64,000 nt of DNA, from NCBI GenBank assembly GCA_963729715.1, contig CAVSPA010000005.1:192001-256000 (forward strand), in the 5' to 3' direction. Positions 18,726-28,587 of this stretch are shown in pieces. Positions within the stretch are counted from its first letter, which is position 1, and each line of letters starts with the position of its first letter. This DNA is from an uncultured delta proteobacterium. Its GTDB lineage: Bacteria; Desulfobacterota; Syntrophia; Syntrophales; UBA2185. The notes beneath the pieces were generated by a model, which did no database searches, was not told where the DNA came from, and saw only the letters and a list, made by a program, of their open reading frames with translations. The position numbers and the translations under genes are program-made.

Positions 18726-19907
18726 ATGCCTGGTCCGCTTTCCAACTTGAAAATTCTCGATTTTACGACCCTTCTCCCCGGTCCTTACGCTACAATGGCT
18801 CTGGCAGATATGGGAGCCGATATCTTGAAGGTTGTTTCCGGGTCAAGACCTGATGTAGTTGCCTACATACCACCCGTTGTTCCGGGCACAAAAATGTCCG
18901 CTGCCTTTGCCTACCTCGGACGGGGCAAACGCTGCATGACGCTCAATCTGAAGGACAGCCGGGCCACAAAAATCATACATCAGTTAATTGCGGACTACGA
19001 CATCCTGATTGAGCAGTTTCGTCCCGGGGTCATGGCAAAATTCTCTCTGGACTACCAGAGCCTGAAGAAAGTAAAACCCTCCCTCATCTATTGTTCGTTG
19101 ACCGGCTACGGCCAGACAGGCTCTCTTCGCGATAGAGCGGGTCACGACATAAACTATCTGTCCCGCTCAGGTCTCATGTCCTATTCAGGGAAAAAAGATA
19201 CGGGACCGAGTCTGACAGGCATGCAGATCGCCGATGTCGCCTCGGGTTCAAACAATGCAGTTATCGGAATTCTTGCCGCAGTCGTTCACCGCGATAGAAC
19301 TGGCGATGGCCAGCACATCGACATTTCGATGACGGACGGTATGATAGCATTCAATGCTATGTTCGGGGCCGGTTTCCTGGTCGACGGCCGGGACCTCGCA
19401 CGCGAAAATACACTTCTCAACGGCGGCTCTCTCTATGACTTCTATGAGACTAAGGATGGCCAATATATCAGTTTCGGCGGTCTCGAACCTCAATTCTTCG
19501 CTGCATTCTGTGAAACCATCAATATGCCGGATCTGATTCCCGGGGGCGTCCAACCGAAGGACGGCATAAACGTCAAAAAGCGCGTCAGGGAAATATTCAA
19601 GACGAAGACAAGGGACGAGTGGACGGAGCTGTTCAAAAAAGTTGACGCCTGTTGCGAACCCGTCCTTTCCCTCACGGAAGCCTTAAACGATCCTTATGCG
19701 ATAGAACGGGGCATGGTGGTCGAAGTCTATCTTCCTGACGGAAAAAAGGTAAGGCAACTCGCGAGTCCCATTAAATTCTCCGAAACAATCCCGGAATACG
19801 GAAATGCGGGCACACCTCCCGGCGTTCACACGAAGGAGGTTCTTCTTGCCCTGGGTTATAGAGAAGAAGAGATAGAAACCTTCGAAAAAGCAGGCCTATT
19901 CAATTGA
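18726..19907 (+). CDS. CaiB/BaiF family III CoA-transferase, alpha-methylacyl-CoA racemase-like
   Basis: LPGPYATMALADMGA, EQFRPGVM, TGYGQTG and AGHDINY. Confidence 0.92.
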   Translation: MPGPLSNLKILDFTTLLPGPYATMALADMGADILKVVSGSRPDVVAYIPPVVPGTKMSAAFAYLGRGKRCMTLNLKDSRATKIIHQLIADYDILIEQFRPGVMAKFSLDYQSLKKVKPSLIYCSLTGYGQTGSLRDRAGHDINYLSRSGLMSYSGKKDTGPSLTGMQIADVASGSNNAVIGILAAVVHRDRTGDGQHIDISMTDGMIAFNAMFGAGFLVDGRDLARENTLLNGGSLYDFYETKDGQYISFGGLEPQFFAAFCETINMPDLIPGGVQPKDGINVKKRVREIFKTKTRDEWTELFKKVDACCEPVLSLTEALNDPYAIERGMVVEVYLPDGKKVRQLASPIKFSETIPEYGNAGTPPGVHTKEVLLALGYREEEIETFEKAGLFN

Positions 19908-20394
19908 TATCTGTCATCTTCGTATAGTCATTATCTGAGCCTGCGGATGCATGTCTATTACACGATTATCTTTCGAGGAAAGCAGGTGTGATCCTGCTAT
20001 GCCTTGAAGATATCTCCTGCCGTTGGCATAATGATTAAATCTCTCCCAACTCTCTTTCAATTACCCTTGGAAAAATTGCCAAGACGCACGGAAAGCATGT
20101 CCCTGCCACATATTGTAATGGAATTCTATTGTTGTCCAGGCGAAGGCCAAGGTGACGGAGCGTGTGCCCAAAGGGACCATCTTTATGAACTTTCATTTCA
20201 AGGAAGTATCTGTTAACTCATTAACAAACCCTGCGCTCAACCCGGTCTGTAAAATTCCTGAACACAAGGTCTGTGCCGTTAAAGTAGAAACAGTGTAGGT
20301 AGAAGAACAATATTTATTATCGCCCCGCCAGGCGGCGGGGCAACTTCAATATTACAGAAAAGCAAGATATTTCATAATGGAGGAGCAAGGTATT

Positions 20395-21633
20395 ATGAGT
20401 GATGAAAATCTGGAAGGTAAAAGATGGTTTATTGCAATTGCGGCGATCGTAATGCAACTGTGTCTTGGAACGGTCTATGCCTGGTCCGTCTTCAAGAAAC
20501 CACTCATGGCCTCACACGGCTGGGGTGAAACATCCGTTCAGGTGACGTTCATGATCTGTATCGGCATGATCGGTATTGCCGCTGCATTTGGGGGTACTCT
20601 TGTGGACAAGAAGGGGCCAAAATTTGTGGCCACCGTCGGCGGTGTCCTCTTCGGCACCGGAACGCTTCTTTCCGGTTTGGCCGACCAGATCGGAAGCATC
20701 TGGCTCCTCTATCTGGGCTTTGGCTTAATCGCCGGTCTCGGCAACGGCTTCGGTTACATAACTCCCATTGCCACACTGATCCGCTGGTTTCCGGATAAGC
20801 GTGGTCTAGTGACGGGGCTCGCAGTGATGGGATTCGGCGCCGGCGCCTTCTTCATGGGTAAGATTGCTCCTCCCATGGTCATTTCCATGGGTGTGACAAA
20901 CACCTTTTACATTTGGGGTGTCATCTTCCTGGTTCTGTGCACAGGAGCTGCCCAATTGTTCAAGAACCCACCCAAGGGCTGGCTGCCCGCAGGTTTCACG
21001 CCGAAGGCATCTGCTGTTTCTGCCGCCGATTCTTATACCTTTGGTGAAGCCATCAAAACCCCGCAGTGGTGGATGCTCTGGGGAATGCTCTTCCTCAATG
21101 TAACAGCAGGTATTGGTCTGATCTCGCAACTCTCGCCTCTGGCCCAGGACGTTATCAAGAAGGGCGATCCGATGATCACGGCGGCGGCGCTTGCCCTGGC
21201 GGGAGGATCGATCCTCGCCTATGCCTCCATCTTTAACGGTCTGGGAAGACTCTTCTGGGCGTGGACATCCGATGCCATTGGAAGACAGAATGTTTTCATA
21301 ACAATGTTTATCAGTCAGGCAATTCTGTATTTCATTCTGCCGCAGATCAGCAGTCAGCTTATTTTCACCATATTCGCATGTTATCTTTTGGCCTGTTACG
21401 GCGGCGGCTTCGCTACCATGCCGGCATTTGCCGCAGACTCCTTCGGGCCCGGGTACATCGGTAAGGTGTACGGTATCATGCTGACGGCGTGGGGCGCGGC
21501 CGGTATTGTCGGACCGCTGGTGTTTGCCGAAATCAAATCTATTGCAGTCTATGTGGCTGGCGGACTTCTGGCGGTCGGTTTTCTTCTTGCATTGAGCTAC
21601 AAGAGACCGGCACCGAAAGTCGCAAAGGCATAA
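20395..21633 (+). CDS. MFS transporter, oxalate/formate antiporter (OFA) family
   Basis: About 12 TMs; YAWSVF, WFPDKRGLVTGL, FNGLGR and YGGGFA. Confidence 0.9.
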   Translation: MSDENLEGKRWFIAIAAIVMQLCLGTVYAWSVFKKPLMASHGWGETSVQVTFMICIGMIGIAAAFGGTLVDKKGPKFVATVGGVLFGTGTLLSGLADQIGSIWLLYLGFGLIAGLGNGFGYITPIATLIRWFPDKRGLVTGLAVMGFGAGAFFMGKIAPPMVISMGVTNTFYIWGVIFLVLCTGAAQLFKNPPKGWLPAGFTPKASAVSAADSYTFGEAIKTPQWWMLWGMLFLNVTAGIGLISQLSPLAQDVIKKGDPMITAAALALAGGSILAYASIFNGLGRLFWAWTSDAIGRQNVFITMFISQAILYFILPQISSQLIFTIFACYLLACYGGGFATMPAFAADSFGPGYIGKVYGIMLTAWGAAGIVGPLVFAEIKSIAVYVAGGLLAVGFLLALSYKRPAPKVAKA

Positions 21634-21871
21634 CAATTTATCTCCTGAAATCAGAGGCGGATTTCCTTTCATCCAATCGGTCAACCACCTGTTGTTTGCG
21701 GGAAAGCCGTGTTCGAGTAAAGATACTCCATCTTTTCCTTGTGTTTCAACTCTTCGCCTGCCATTTTAGTCAAAAGATCTTTGACATCACCAGGAGGATA
21801 GGAGTCTGCTAGGCTCTTATAAAAATTATGCGAGTTAAGCTCTTTATATTAAAGGATCAAAGATTGAGACA

Positions 21872-22981
21872 TCACTTCGTCATATTGCTGAAGACCGCCC
21901 GCACCCTTCGATTCTTCTGCCTGCCTTCCTTCGTTGCATTGCTCGCAACAGGCTTATCGGGACCGTAGCCCACGGCCTTTAGGCGGGAACTGTCAATACC
22001 AAACTTCTTGACAAGGTATTCTTTTATGCTGTCAGCACGTCGCAGGGATAGCTTAACATTAGCTGCTTCTCTACCGACATTGTCTGTATATCCTTCAATC
22101 ACGGCGGTCGCATTCGGATTTTCCTTCATGAAGTCGGCAACCTTCTTTATTTCATTATTGTATTTTCGCTTCACGATAGCCTTGCCCGTATCGAACTGAA
22201 CCATGAGCTCAATGGAAACTCCTTTAGCTGCCGGTGCTTCTCTCTGAACACCAGTTTCCTTCATGATCTTCCGCTTGCTGGTCAGGAATATTCTTTTCAC
22301 AAAATTGGTCATTTCGGCATCGCCTGCAAGGTTGTCGCCCTTTACAAAAAACCCGCATTCTCCGGCCTGTGCGATCTGCTCAAGGAGCTTAGCTCCGTTT
22401 TTGTCGTCGCCTATCAGGACAGTGTAGATACATAGATTACTGCCATATAGGCTTTTCACGCTCGCGGCGGCCTTCACGGGCGCATTATCCATATCTTCTC
22501 CGTCAGTGAATATTACGAGAGCGATTTTCCCCTGAACAGCTTTCAGGTCGCTGCCTGCCGCCATGATCGCAACATCGAGCGGGCTGTATCCGAACGGGGA
22601 GCTTAAATCTTTTATAACCGCGTCAAGTTTCTCTACATCGTACTTTACAATTCCATACGGTAATTTTGTGACATCAAAATCTGCATAGTTCTGGCCAAAT
22701 GTCCTCAACGCGGCGCTAAGACTGAGATCGGGAATAGTCCTGTTGAAGTTGCTGACCAAGTTTTTTTCAATGATCAATTTCTCGAGGAAGGTATACGGGT
22801 TTCCCATCGAACTGGACTTGTCGAAAATTATGTAGAAATTATTTGCGTTCTGAACATACTGCCCCGACTTCAGCTTCATGCTGAGGTCCTGACTGCCTGC
22901 AAGGACCGGCACCGCGAAAAGGACAAAAGCCAAAAGGGGAAAAACCATTAAACAAACTATTCTTATCCGCTTTTTTGCCAT
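21872..22981 (-). CDS. OmpA C-terminal domain protein with N-terminal vWA domain
   Basis: Signal peptide; DKSSSM and FTDG (MIDAS); FDTGKA, IEGYTDNVG and NRRV. Confidence 0.88.
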   Translation of the reverse strand: MAKKRIRIVCLMVFPLLAFVLFAVPVLAGSQDLSMKLKSGQYVQNANNFYIIFDKSSSMGNPYTFLEKLIIEKNLVSNFNRTIPDLSLSAALRTFGQNYADFDVTKLPYGIVKYDVEKLDAVIKDLSSPFGYSPLDVAIMAAGSDLKAVQGKIALVIFTDGEDMDNAPVKAAASVKSLYGSNLCIYTVLIGDDKNGAKLLEQIAQAGECGFFVKGDNLAGDAEMTNFVKRIFLTSKRKIMKETGVQREAPAAKGVSIELMVQFDTGKAIVKRKYNNEIKKVADFMKENPNATAVIEGYTDNVGREAANVKLSLRRADSIKEYLVKKFGIDSSRLKAVGYGPDKPVASNATKEGRQKNRRVRAVFSNMTK

Positions 22982-23114
22982 CTGATAACCTCCTGCATTA
23001 CTATTGTTAATTAAAGCCAAGAATATTTGTTATTACTCCTGGTCGCTACTCTTGCCGAGAAAATGGTGCTGTCCAACCTGCACTCAGAAGAAAATGATCG
23101 AAGAACCAAATTCT

Positions 23115-23696
23115 CTATTTGCCGGAACGCACCGGAAGTGCCCGGAAGAAGGTGTCGTGTGACTGGTATCGCCAGTTCCGCCGGTGGCCGATGTTGAAAT
23201 TGAAGTAGGAGGCACCGGAACCGCGTGTTTCGGATGCCCACATCCATGTACATGTGAGATGAATTAGTTCCGTTAAATGGACGTTATACCCACAGTCAGA
23301 CTTATAAGTTTCAGCCAGATCATACAATTCCGCCAATTCATCCTGCGTCGGTAACCGCCAGTCCGTAAAATCGCCCCCACGATAATTCTTGCAATAGTTA
23401 TTGGCACCCTGCCAGTTGATATCCGCCCCATTGTCATTCGCCGCCCATGTCAGGCCGGTCTTGGTGTCCAACACAGTTCCGTCGCCTTTTGCAATAAACC
23501 GAGCGTCGTTATTATCTTGTGCCTGTAATTGTCCAGAAAAGACACAGACAAACAGAAAAGTGGCAAATGTGAGTCTTATGAGCAACGATCGCATTATATT
23601 TATTGAAAGCGAGATTTTTTCAATTCGTGTGTATTGCGCGAGAAGACGCAAATCTTTTTCATAATACAACTCCCCCTTTAAAAGTGCTTGGCTCAC
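23115..23696 (-). CDS. DUF1566 (Lcl-type) domain secreted protein; true start may be 23594
   Basis: GDGTVLDTKTGLTW, A..YC, DWRLPT..EL and WASE. Confidence 0.85.
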   Translation of the reverse strand: MSQALLKGELYYEKDLRLLAQYTRIEKISLSINIMRSLLIRLTFATFLFVCVFSGQLQAQDNNDARFIAKGDGTVLDTKTGLTWAANDNGADINWQGANNYCKNYRGGDFTDWRLPTQDELAELYDLAETYKSDCGYNVHLTELIHLTCTWMWASETRGSGASYFNFNIGHRRNWRYQSHDTFFRALPVRSGK

Positions 23697-23767
23697 TTTT
23701 CGAAAATAGCCAATTAAATCCTTTTCCCCTAAAAGTGAGCCCTGGACAAGCCACTTTTACCGGCGTA

Positions 23768-24340
23768 TTATTTAGTGCCTGCCATCGTAATTACTACAAA
23801 ATGATCCCTGCGGTTTTTCGCCCAGGCCGCCTCATTATGCCCTGGATCCAGCGGTTTTTCCTTCCCATAACTGACTGTTTTGATCCTTTTCTTTCCTATG
23901 CCCAGGTCGACAAGATAATTCATCGCGGCATTTGCCCGTCTATTCCCAAGGGCTAGATTGTATTCGGCGGTGCCTCTTTCGTCGCAATTACCTTCGATTC
24001 TGACCTTGTATTTTCCATTCTTCTTCAGCCAGTCGGCTATCTTATTAAGCGATACCCGTTCGCCCGCTTTGAGATCGTATTTGTCAAAATCGAAATGTAC
24101 GTCTGAAAATTCCATTCCACCTTCGGCGACTGCTTCCTTCTTGGACTGCTGCTCCGTCGACTGCTGAGGTGTAGCCATTACAGCCTTCTTCGCCTGATCC
24201 GGCGATTCACCCGGCTTTGCCGCTTGTGCCTGAACCGTCGGCGGTTCGGCAGATGTCTGTTTGATGGCCGACTTTGAACACCCCCAAAGCACGAATCCCG
24301 CAATAGTAAAAACAATCAGCGCCACAAAAAACCTTTTCAT
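23768..24340 (-). CDS. pal: Peptidoglycan-associated lipoprotein (copy 1)
   Basis: Lipobox LWGC; FDFDKY, EGNCDERGTAEYNLALG, SYGKEKP and AWAKNRR. Confidence 0.93.
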   Translation of the reverse strand: MKRFFVALIVFTIAGFVLWGCSKSAIKQTSAEPPTVQAQAAKPGESPDQAKKAVMATPQQSTEQQSKKEAVAEGGMEFSDVHFDFDKYDLKAGERVSLNKIADWLKKNGKYKVRIEGNCDERGTAEYNLALGNRRANAAMNYLVDLGIGKKRIKTVSYGKEKPLDPGHNEAAWAKNRRDHFVVITMAGTK

Positions 24341-24407
24341 ATATGACCTCCTTGTAGTAAAGTTATTTCTGAAATAGTCTATTTAGAGGAAATTGTCAAT
24401 TGATTTT

Positions 24408-24453
24408 TGCTTAAATGATTGGTATATAAATTCATACACAAATGATTGGCATA
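24408..24453. promoter_or_regulatory. Two copies of a putative MarR operator in the pal1/marR1 divergent promoter
   Basis: TGCTTAAATGATTGGTATA (24408-24426) and TACACAAATGATTGGCATA (24435-24453). Confidence 0.65.
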
Positions 24454-24465
24454 TAAATATCTTTA

Positions 24466-24987
24466 ATGAGGAGACTTATGACAGCAAAATCGACATTAAT
24501 GTCAGATATTATGGATGACATCAGGCGAGTCTTCAAGGCCGTAAACGACCAATCGAAAAGGGCGGAACACGAAACCGGCATTACGGGCCCTCAGCTCTGG
24601 ACGATTAAAGTCATCACCGAGTCGTCCCCCACAAATCTTAAGGACCTTGCAAGCAGGATGTTTGTACACCCTGCCACGGTTGTCGGAATAATTGATCGGC
24701 TCGAAGCGAAGGGACTGGTGACAAGAACACGGTCAAAAGGCGATCGGCGCAATGTCGCGATCGATCTGACCAATTCCGCGCGGAGACTTGTTGCCGGATC
24801 CCCGGAGGTGGCTCAGGGGTTATTGCTAAAGGGGCTTAGGAGTTTATCTGCAAGTGAATTGGATAATTTGGCTGATTGCCTCAGAAAGCTGGTGAAAATC
24901 CTCCATGCGCAGAAACTTCCCCCTCAGCTTATGGTTTCCCCAGACGTCAATCTTCCGAGAAGAAGACGGAATAAGGATACAAACTAA
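24466..24987 (+). CDS. MarR family transcriptional regulator (copy 1)
   Basis: GITGPQLW, HPATVVGIIDRLE, DRR and LT wHTH pattern. Confidence 0.93.
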   Translation: MRRLMTAKSTLMSDIMDDIRRVFKAVNDQSKRAEHETGITGPQLWTIKVITESSPTNLKDLASRMFVHPATVVGIIDRLEAKGLVTRTRSKGDRRNVAIDLTNSARRLVAGSPEVAQGLLLKGLRSLSASELDNLADCLRKLVKILHAQKLPPQLMVSPDVNLPRRRRNKDTN

Positions 24988-25282
24988 ATACATGTTATAT
25001 CAAAAATGGGGCAAATCTCAGATTCTATTTGACAGTGGTTGTGAACGTTACATAGATAATGAAGTATCATATGGAGGAATCTAATTTATTACCAATATTG
25101 TCTCGCCAGATTTACTCCTGCACTCGCTGAAAGGCTTCTCTCATTAAGGAAGTGCGACCTTTAATTATTTTCAAGATCAATCTATCTCCAGATTCCCTAG
25201 AGATCAAAATATATCGTCGACTTTAATGGTTGTATAATTGAGCGTGGAGGTATGTCGGAAACGGTCTCAGTCTTTATCGTTC

Positions 25283-26725
25283 TCAATTCGTATCATTTGA
25301 GTTATTTCGGTTTCTTTTTTGATCTCTTCCTTTTTTCAGTTTTTCCGCAATCGTCATTACTGTTCCGATGAGGCTCTTTTCCCTGCGTTTAAACAGGGCC
25401 TTGACACTTACCACTTCTTTGCCGAGTTCAACTTCTACGGAAGCAGATTTTTTTAGGGCCAGGATCTGGGAAGGATAGACACTCCTGTGTCCTGTGATCA
25501 AAAAACTGATCACGCAAGAGATGGCGGCGTAGGGGGCGATGCTCGCCCCGAAAAGTTCAATGGCCAATATGCTTGCTGCAATGGGCGTGTTGGCCGCACC
25601 TGCCAGGACACTGACAAGGCCGATTGCAGAAAAAGTCGCCACATCCAACCCAAAAATTTGACCGAAGAGATTTCCAGAGCTCGATCCAACAAAAAATATG
25701 GGCGTTACGATACCTCCGCTTCCCCCGAAAGCGAGAGAAATGCTCGTGAAAAGGCTTTTGATGATAAATGAATACCAGTGAATGGATTCTCCATTTAGTG
25801 CAGATTGAATGGTCCCCAGACCGAGACCGAGATAGTCTTTTGAAAATGCAAAAGTCAACCCAACCAGGATGAAGCCGCCTATGATACCCTTCAGCGGGGC
25901 CCACACCTTGAATCTTTCCGCTGCTTTTTCCCCTGCCTTCAGGGCGCCGACGAGAAAAGCTGAACAAAAACCAAAGAAGATTCCGGCGATGACGACCTGC
26001 ACAAAAAATATCTCTTTCACAGCGGGCACGCAATTCAGTGCGTGATAGAAATAGGTTATTCCGAGACTTGATGAAATATAGTAACTCACAATCCCGGCAA
26101 CGAAGGACGGCAATAGGACATCATACAGCAGACTTCCCACAAAAAGAACTTCGACCCCGAATATGGCGCCGGCTATAGGTGTTCCGAAAACTGATGCAAA
26201 TCCCGCACTGATGCCGCAAATGACAAGTTTTTTTCGATCACTATCTGCAAATCTTAGCAAGTCGGCAACAATGGATGCAAGCCCCGCGCCGATTTGCGCA
26301 CAGGGTCCTTCCTTTCCTACAGAACCTCCCGAGGCTAGCGTGATGATTGTTGCAACAAGCTTAACAGGAACTACCGCTGCTTTTATTTTGCCGGACCGCT
26401 TGTGAATGGCCTCAATAACCTTTTCCGTACCGTGCCCTTTTGCGTCCGGAGCCAGGTATTTTGTAAGAACAACACTGATGAATAAGGCCAAGGGCATCAG
26501 GAGAAAATAGTATGTATACCGACTGCTGAAAGCAATACTCCAGTTCAGGATTTTCAGAAACACCATTGTGGACAGGCCGACAATGATTCCAATGCCCGTT
26601 GCAAGCACAACCCATTTGAGTACGCTGAGGAAAAGAATGGACTGCTCAACCAAACTCCCTTTCATTTGATTGAAGTGTTCTTTACGATTGGGTCTATTTT
26701 CCATCCGTTGAGGGGTATCAGGCAT
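25283..26725 (-). CDS. ClC chloride channel/antiporter family protein; start may be 26665
   Basis: GHGTE, GSVGKEGP, GISAGFASVFGTP, GGIVTP and AANTP. Confidence 0.93.
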   Translation of the reverse strand: MPDTPQRMENRPNRKEHFNQMKGSLVEQSILFLSVLKWVVLATGIGIIVGLSTMVFLKILNWSIAFSSRYTYYFLLMPLALFISVVLTKYLAPDAKGHGTEKVIEAIHKRSGKIKAAVVPVKLVATIITLASGGSVGKEGPCAQIGAGLASIVADLLRFADSDRKKLVICGISAGFASVFGTPIAGAIFGVEVLFVGSLLYDVLLPSFVAGIVSYYISSSLGITYFYHALNCVPAVKEIFFVQVVIAGIFFGFCSAFLVGALKAGEKAAERFKVWAPLKGIIGGFILVGLTFAFSKDYLGLGLGTIQSALNGESIHWYSFIIKSLFTSISLAFGGSGGIVTPIFFVGSSSGNLFGQIFGLDVATFSAIGLVSVLAGAANTPIAASILAIELFGASIAPYAAISCVISFLITGHRSVYPSQILALKKSASVEVELGKEVVSVKALFKRREKSLIGTVMTIAEKLKKGRDQKRNRNNSNDTN

Positions 26726-26769
26726 ATATTTTTAGAATAAACATATTCCTGGACTTGTCAATTGATTCT

Positions 26770-26790
26770 TGCACAAATGATTGTCGTATA
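26770..26790. promoter_or_regulatory. Putative MarR operator upstream of clc
   Basis: TTGTCAATTGATTCT-TGCACAAATGATTGTCGTATA; same flanking context as at 24393 and 32772. Confidence 0.55.
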
Positions 26791-26859
26791 AATTTCATAA
26801 AGAGGGAATTTCACACAGAGGATTTCTGATAAAATGAATAGATTTTAATAAAATCCGTC

Positions 26860-27330
26860 TTATTGGATCTTTTCTCTCGCCTCATAAAGACATTTGTTTT
26901 CCAAAATTAGATAACTCACGGTATCTGACGATTCAAATCTGAGGATGCACTGTTCCAACCACCGAACCTTGTCATAATGAAATCCTTCTTTTCCATCAAT
27001 TACAACGAACCATTCATTGTCGGCCTCGGCTATGTACGCCAGATGACCGCTGTCAGGGCTGAATGTGAGCGACCCATCGATGATATTATTATAGTTTATG
27101 CCCTCTTTTCCATCATAGGCCACAAAGCACTTCTTGCCGGACTTGTGGATATACGCAACATGTTTCCCGTCAGGACTTAATGCGAGGGATCGTTGATCCT
27201 GAGGCGCGATATCAACGTGACCTATGTATTTCATTGTGAGAACCTTGTTCGCTGCGTTTCCCTCAGCACTGAGTGCGCTGCAGACCAGGAAAAATAAGCA
27301 AAGCACAATTAATAGCGATTTCCTTGGCAT
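26860..27330 (-). CDS. Secreted protein with two WD40/TolB-like blade repeats
   Basis: Signal peptide; LSPDGKHVAY...DGKEG and FSPDSGHLAY...DGKEG; GGAGG RBS. Confidence 0.7.
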   Translation of the reverse strand: MPRKSLLIVLCLFFLVCSALSAEGNAANKVLTMKYIGHVDIAPQDQRSLALSPDGKHVAYIHKSGKKCFVAYDGKEGINYNNIIDGSLTFSPDSGHLAYIAEADNEWFVVIDGKEGFHYDKVRWLEQCILRFESSDTVSYLILENKCLYEAREKIQ

Positions 27331-27624
27331 AAGCACCTCCTGTCTCAATCCGTTACAGTAAAGAAATTTGTAATTAAGCCGGTGTTCTGTTCCTATTCAT
27401 TCAACGATCGATATACCTGTATTGCATAAATAGGGGCGTTATCGAGTGAGCAACTTTACAAAGGAGGTTTTACATCTCAACCCAATCGAAATACGCCCTT
27501 ATTGATTTATGTAGCAATCATTAGTATATAAATCAAGCAAAAAAAGACTTGATCGAAAGGTTGCTTTTCTAAATGGGCTTTTCCTTATTTATGAGAAAAT
27601 AACATGGTTTTACCAATTGATTTT

Positions 27625-27643
27625 TATACAAATAATTGGTATA
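27625..27643. promoter_or_regulatory. Putative MarR operator overlapping a sigma70-like promoter upstream of the SHOCT/P-II-like/STAS genes
   Basis: TATACAAAT-A-ATTGGTATA, a near-perfect palindrome, lying between TTGATT and TATATA with a 17-nt spacer. Confidence 0.7.
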
Positions 27644-27834
27644 TAAATATTACAAATTCGTGAATGCCGAGCGAGGCCGGCAGCGGGTTGGATACTCTTT
27701 CCCTTGTGCTGGTAGTTGCCAATGGCATCGAACCCGGAGGTCACACGAAGCTGCTGGAGAAACAATTCGAAATGAAAGAGTAGCTGGGCAGTTAAAGAAG
27801 GCGTTCGATGCCATGGAATGAGGAGGTCACGAGG

Positions 27835-28152
27835 ATGAAAAAATGCTTTGAATTATCGCTAATAATAACCGGCTTGCTTGTGTCCTGCGGTGAAGGTTAC
27901 TATGGCCCTCACGGTCACGGCGGGTGGGGTCCGATGATGCATTACGGATTTGGATATGGAGGGATGTTTATGTGGATAATATTCCTGATCGTAATTGGAT
28001 TGCTGATCTATTTCATTCTTCAGTCCCAGAAAACGAAGGGCCAGACACCGACACTGCATGAAAGTCCCCTGGATATCCTGAAGAGACGCTACGCAAAAGG
28101 AGAAATTGTAAGGGAAGAATATGAGAGAATGAAAAAAGGCCTTGAAGGATAG
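27835..28152 (+). CDS. SHOCT-domain membrane lipoprotein with His/Met/Gly-rich N-terminus
   Basis: LLVSC lipobox; HGHGGWGPMMHYG; one TM; PLDILKRRYAKGEIVREEY. Confidence 0.85.
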   Translation: MKKCFELSLIITGLLVSCGEGYYGPHGHGGWGPMMHYGFGYGGMFMWIIFLIVIGLLIYFILQSQKTKGQTPTLHESPLDILKRRYAKGEIVREEYERMKKGLEG

Positions 28153-28238
28153 ACCTATTGATCTTTCTATGTCCTTTGTTGCATTTCATCTTAATGAGGG
28201 TCGTGGCCTGCAGGGATATGTAAAGAGAGGAGAACATT

Positions 28239-28541
28239 ATGAAGATGGTCATCGGTATCGTTAGAGCAACATGTCTTGGAAGGGCGGTGAAAGAGTTAGA
28301 GAAAATTAACGTCCGCTGTATGACAATCTCCGCGGTCAAAGGGATCGGTGAACAGGTAACATTAAATAAGCCGTATGCTATTCATAATATGATACAAATT
28401 ATCGTACCTGATGAGAAAGTTGATGAAGTTAACAATGTGATCGTGAATTTTACCCGAACCGGTATGGCAGGTGATGGTATTGTTGCCGTGAGCCCGATAG
28501 ATTACATGATAAAAATAAAGTCGAAGGAACGGTTGGAATAG
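28239..28541 (+). CDS. Non-canonical P-II family protein (short T-loop)
   Basis: MK.VIGIVR, VKGIG and RTGMAGDGIV. Confidence 0.85.
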   Translation: MKMVIGIVRATCLGRAVKELEKINVRCMTISAVKGIGEQVTLNKPYAIHNMIQIIVPDEKVDEVNNVIVNFTRTGMAGDGIVAVSPIDYMIKIKSKERLE

Positions 28542-28587
28542 TGGCAGGTAGCTCAATGCCTGCCAGTATTTACTCGTTTGATACTTA

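Noticed and set aside
23115..23696. DUF1566 protein as a diversity-generating retroelement target
   Set aside because: No reverse transcriptase and no template-repeat copy of its 3' end seen in the window.
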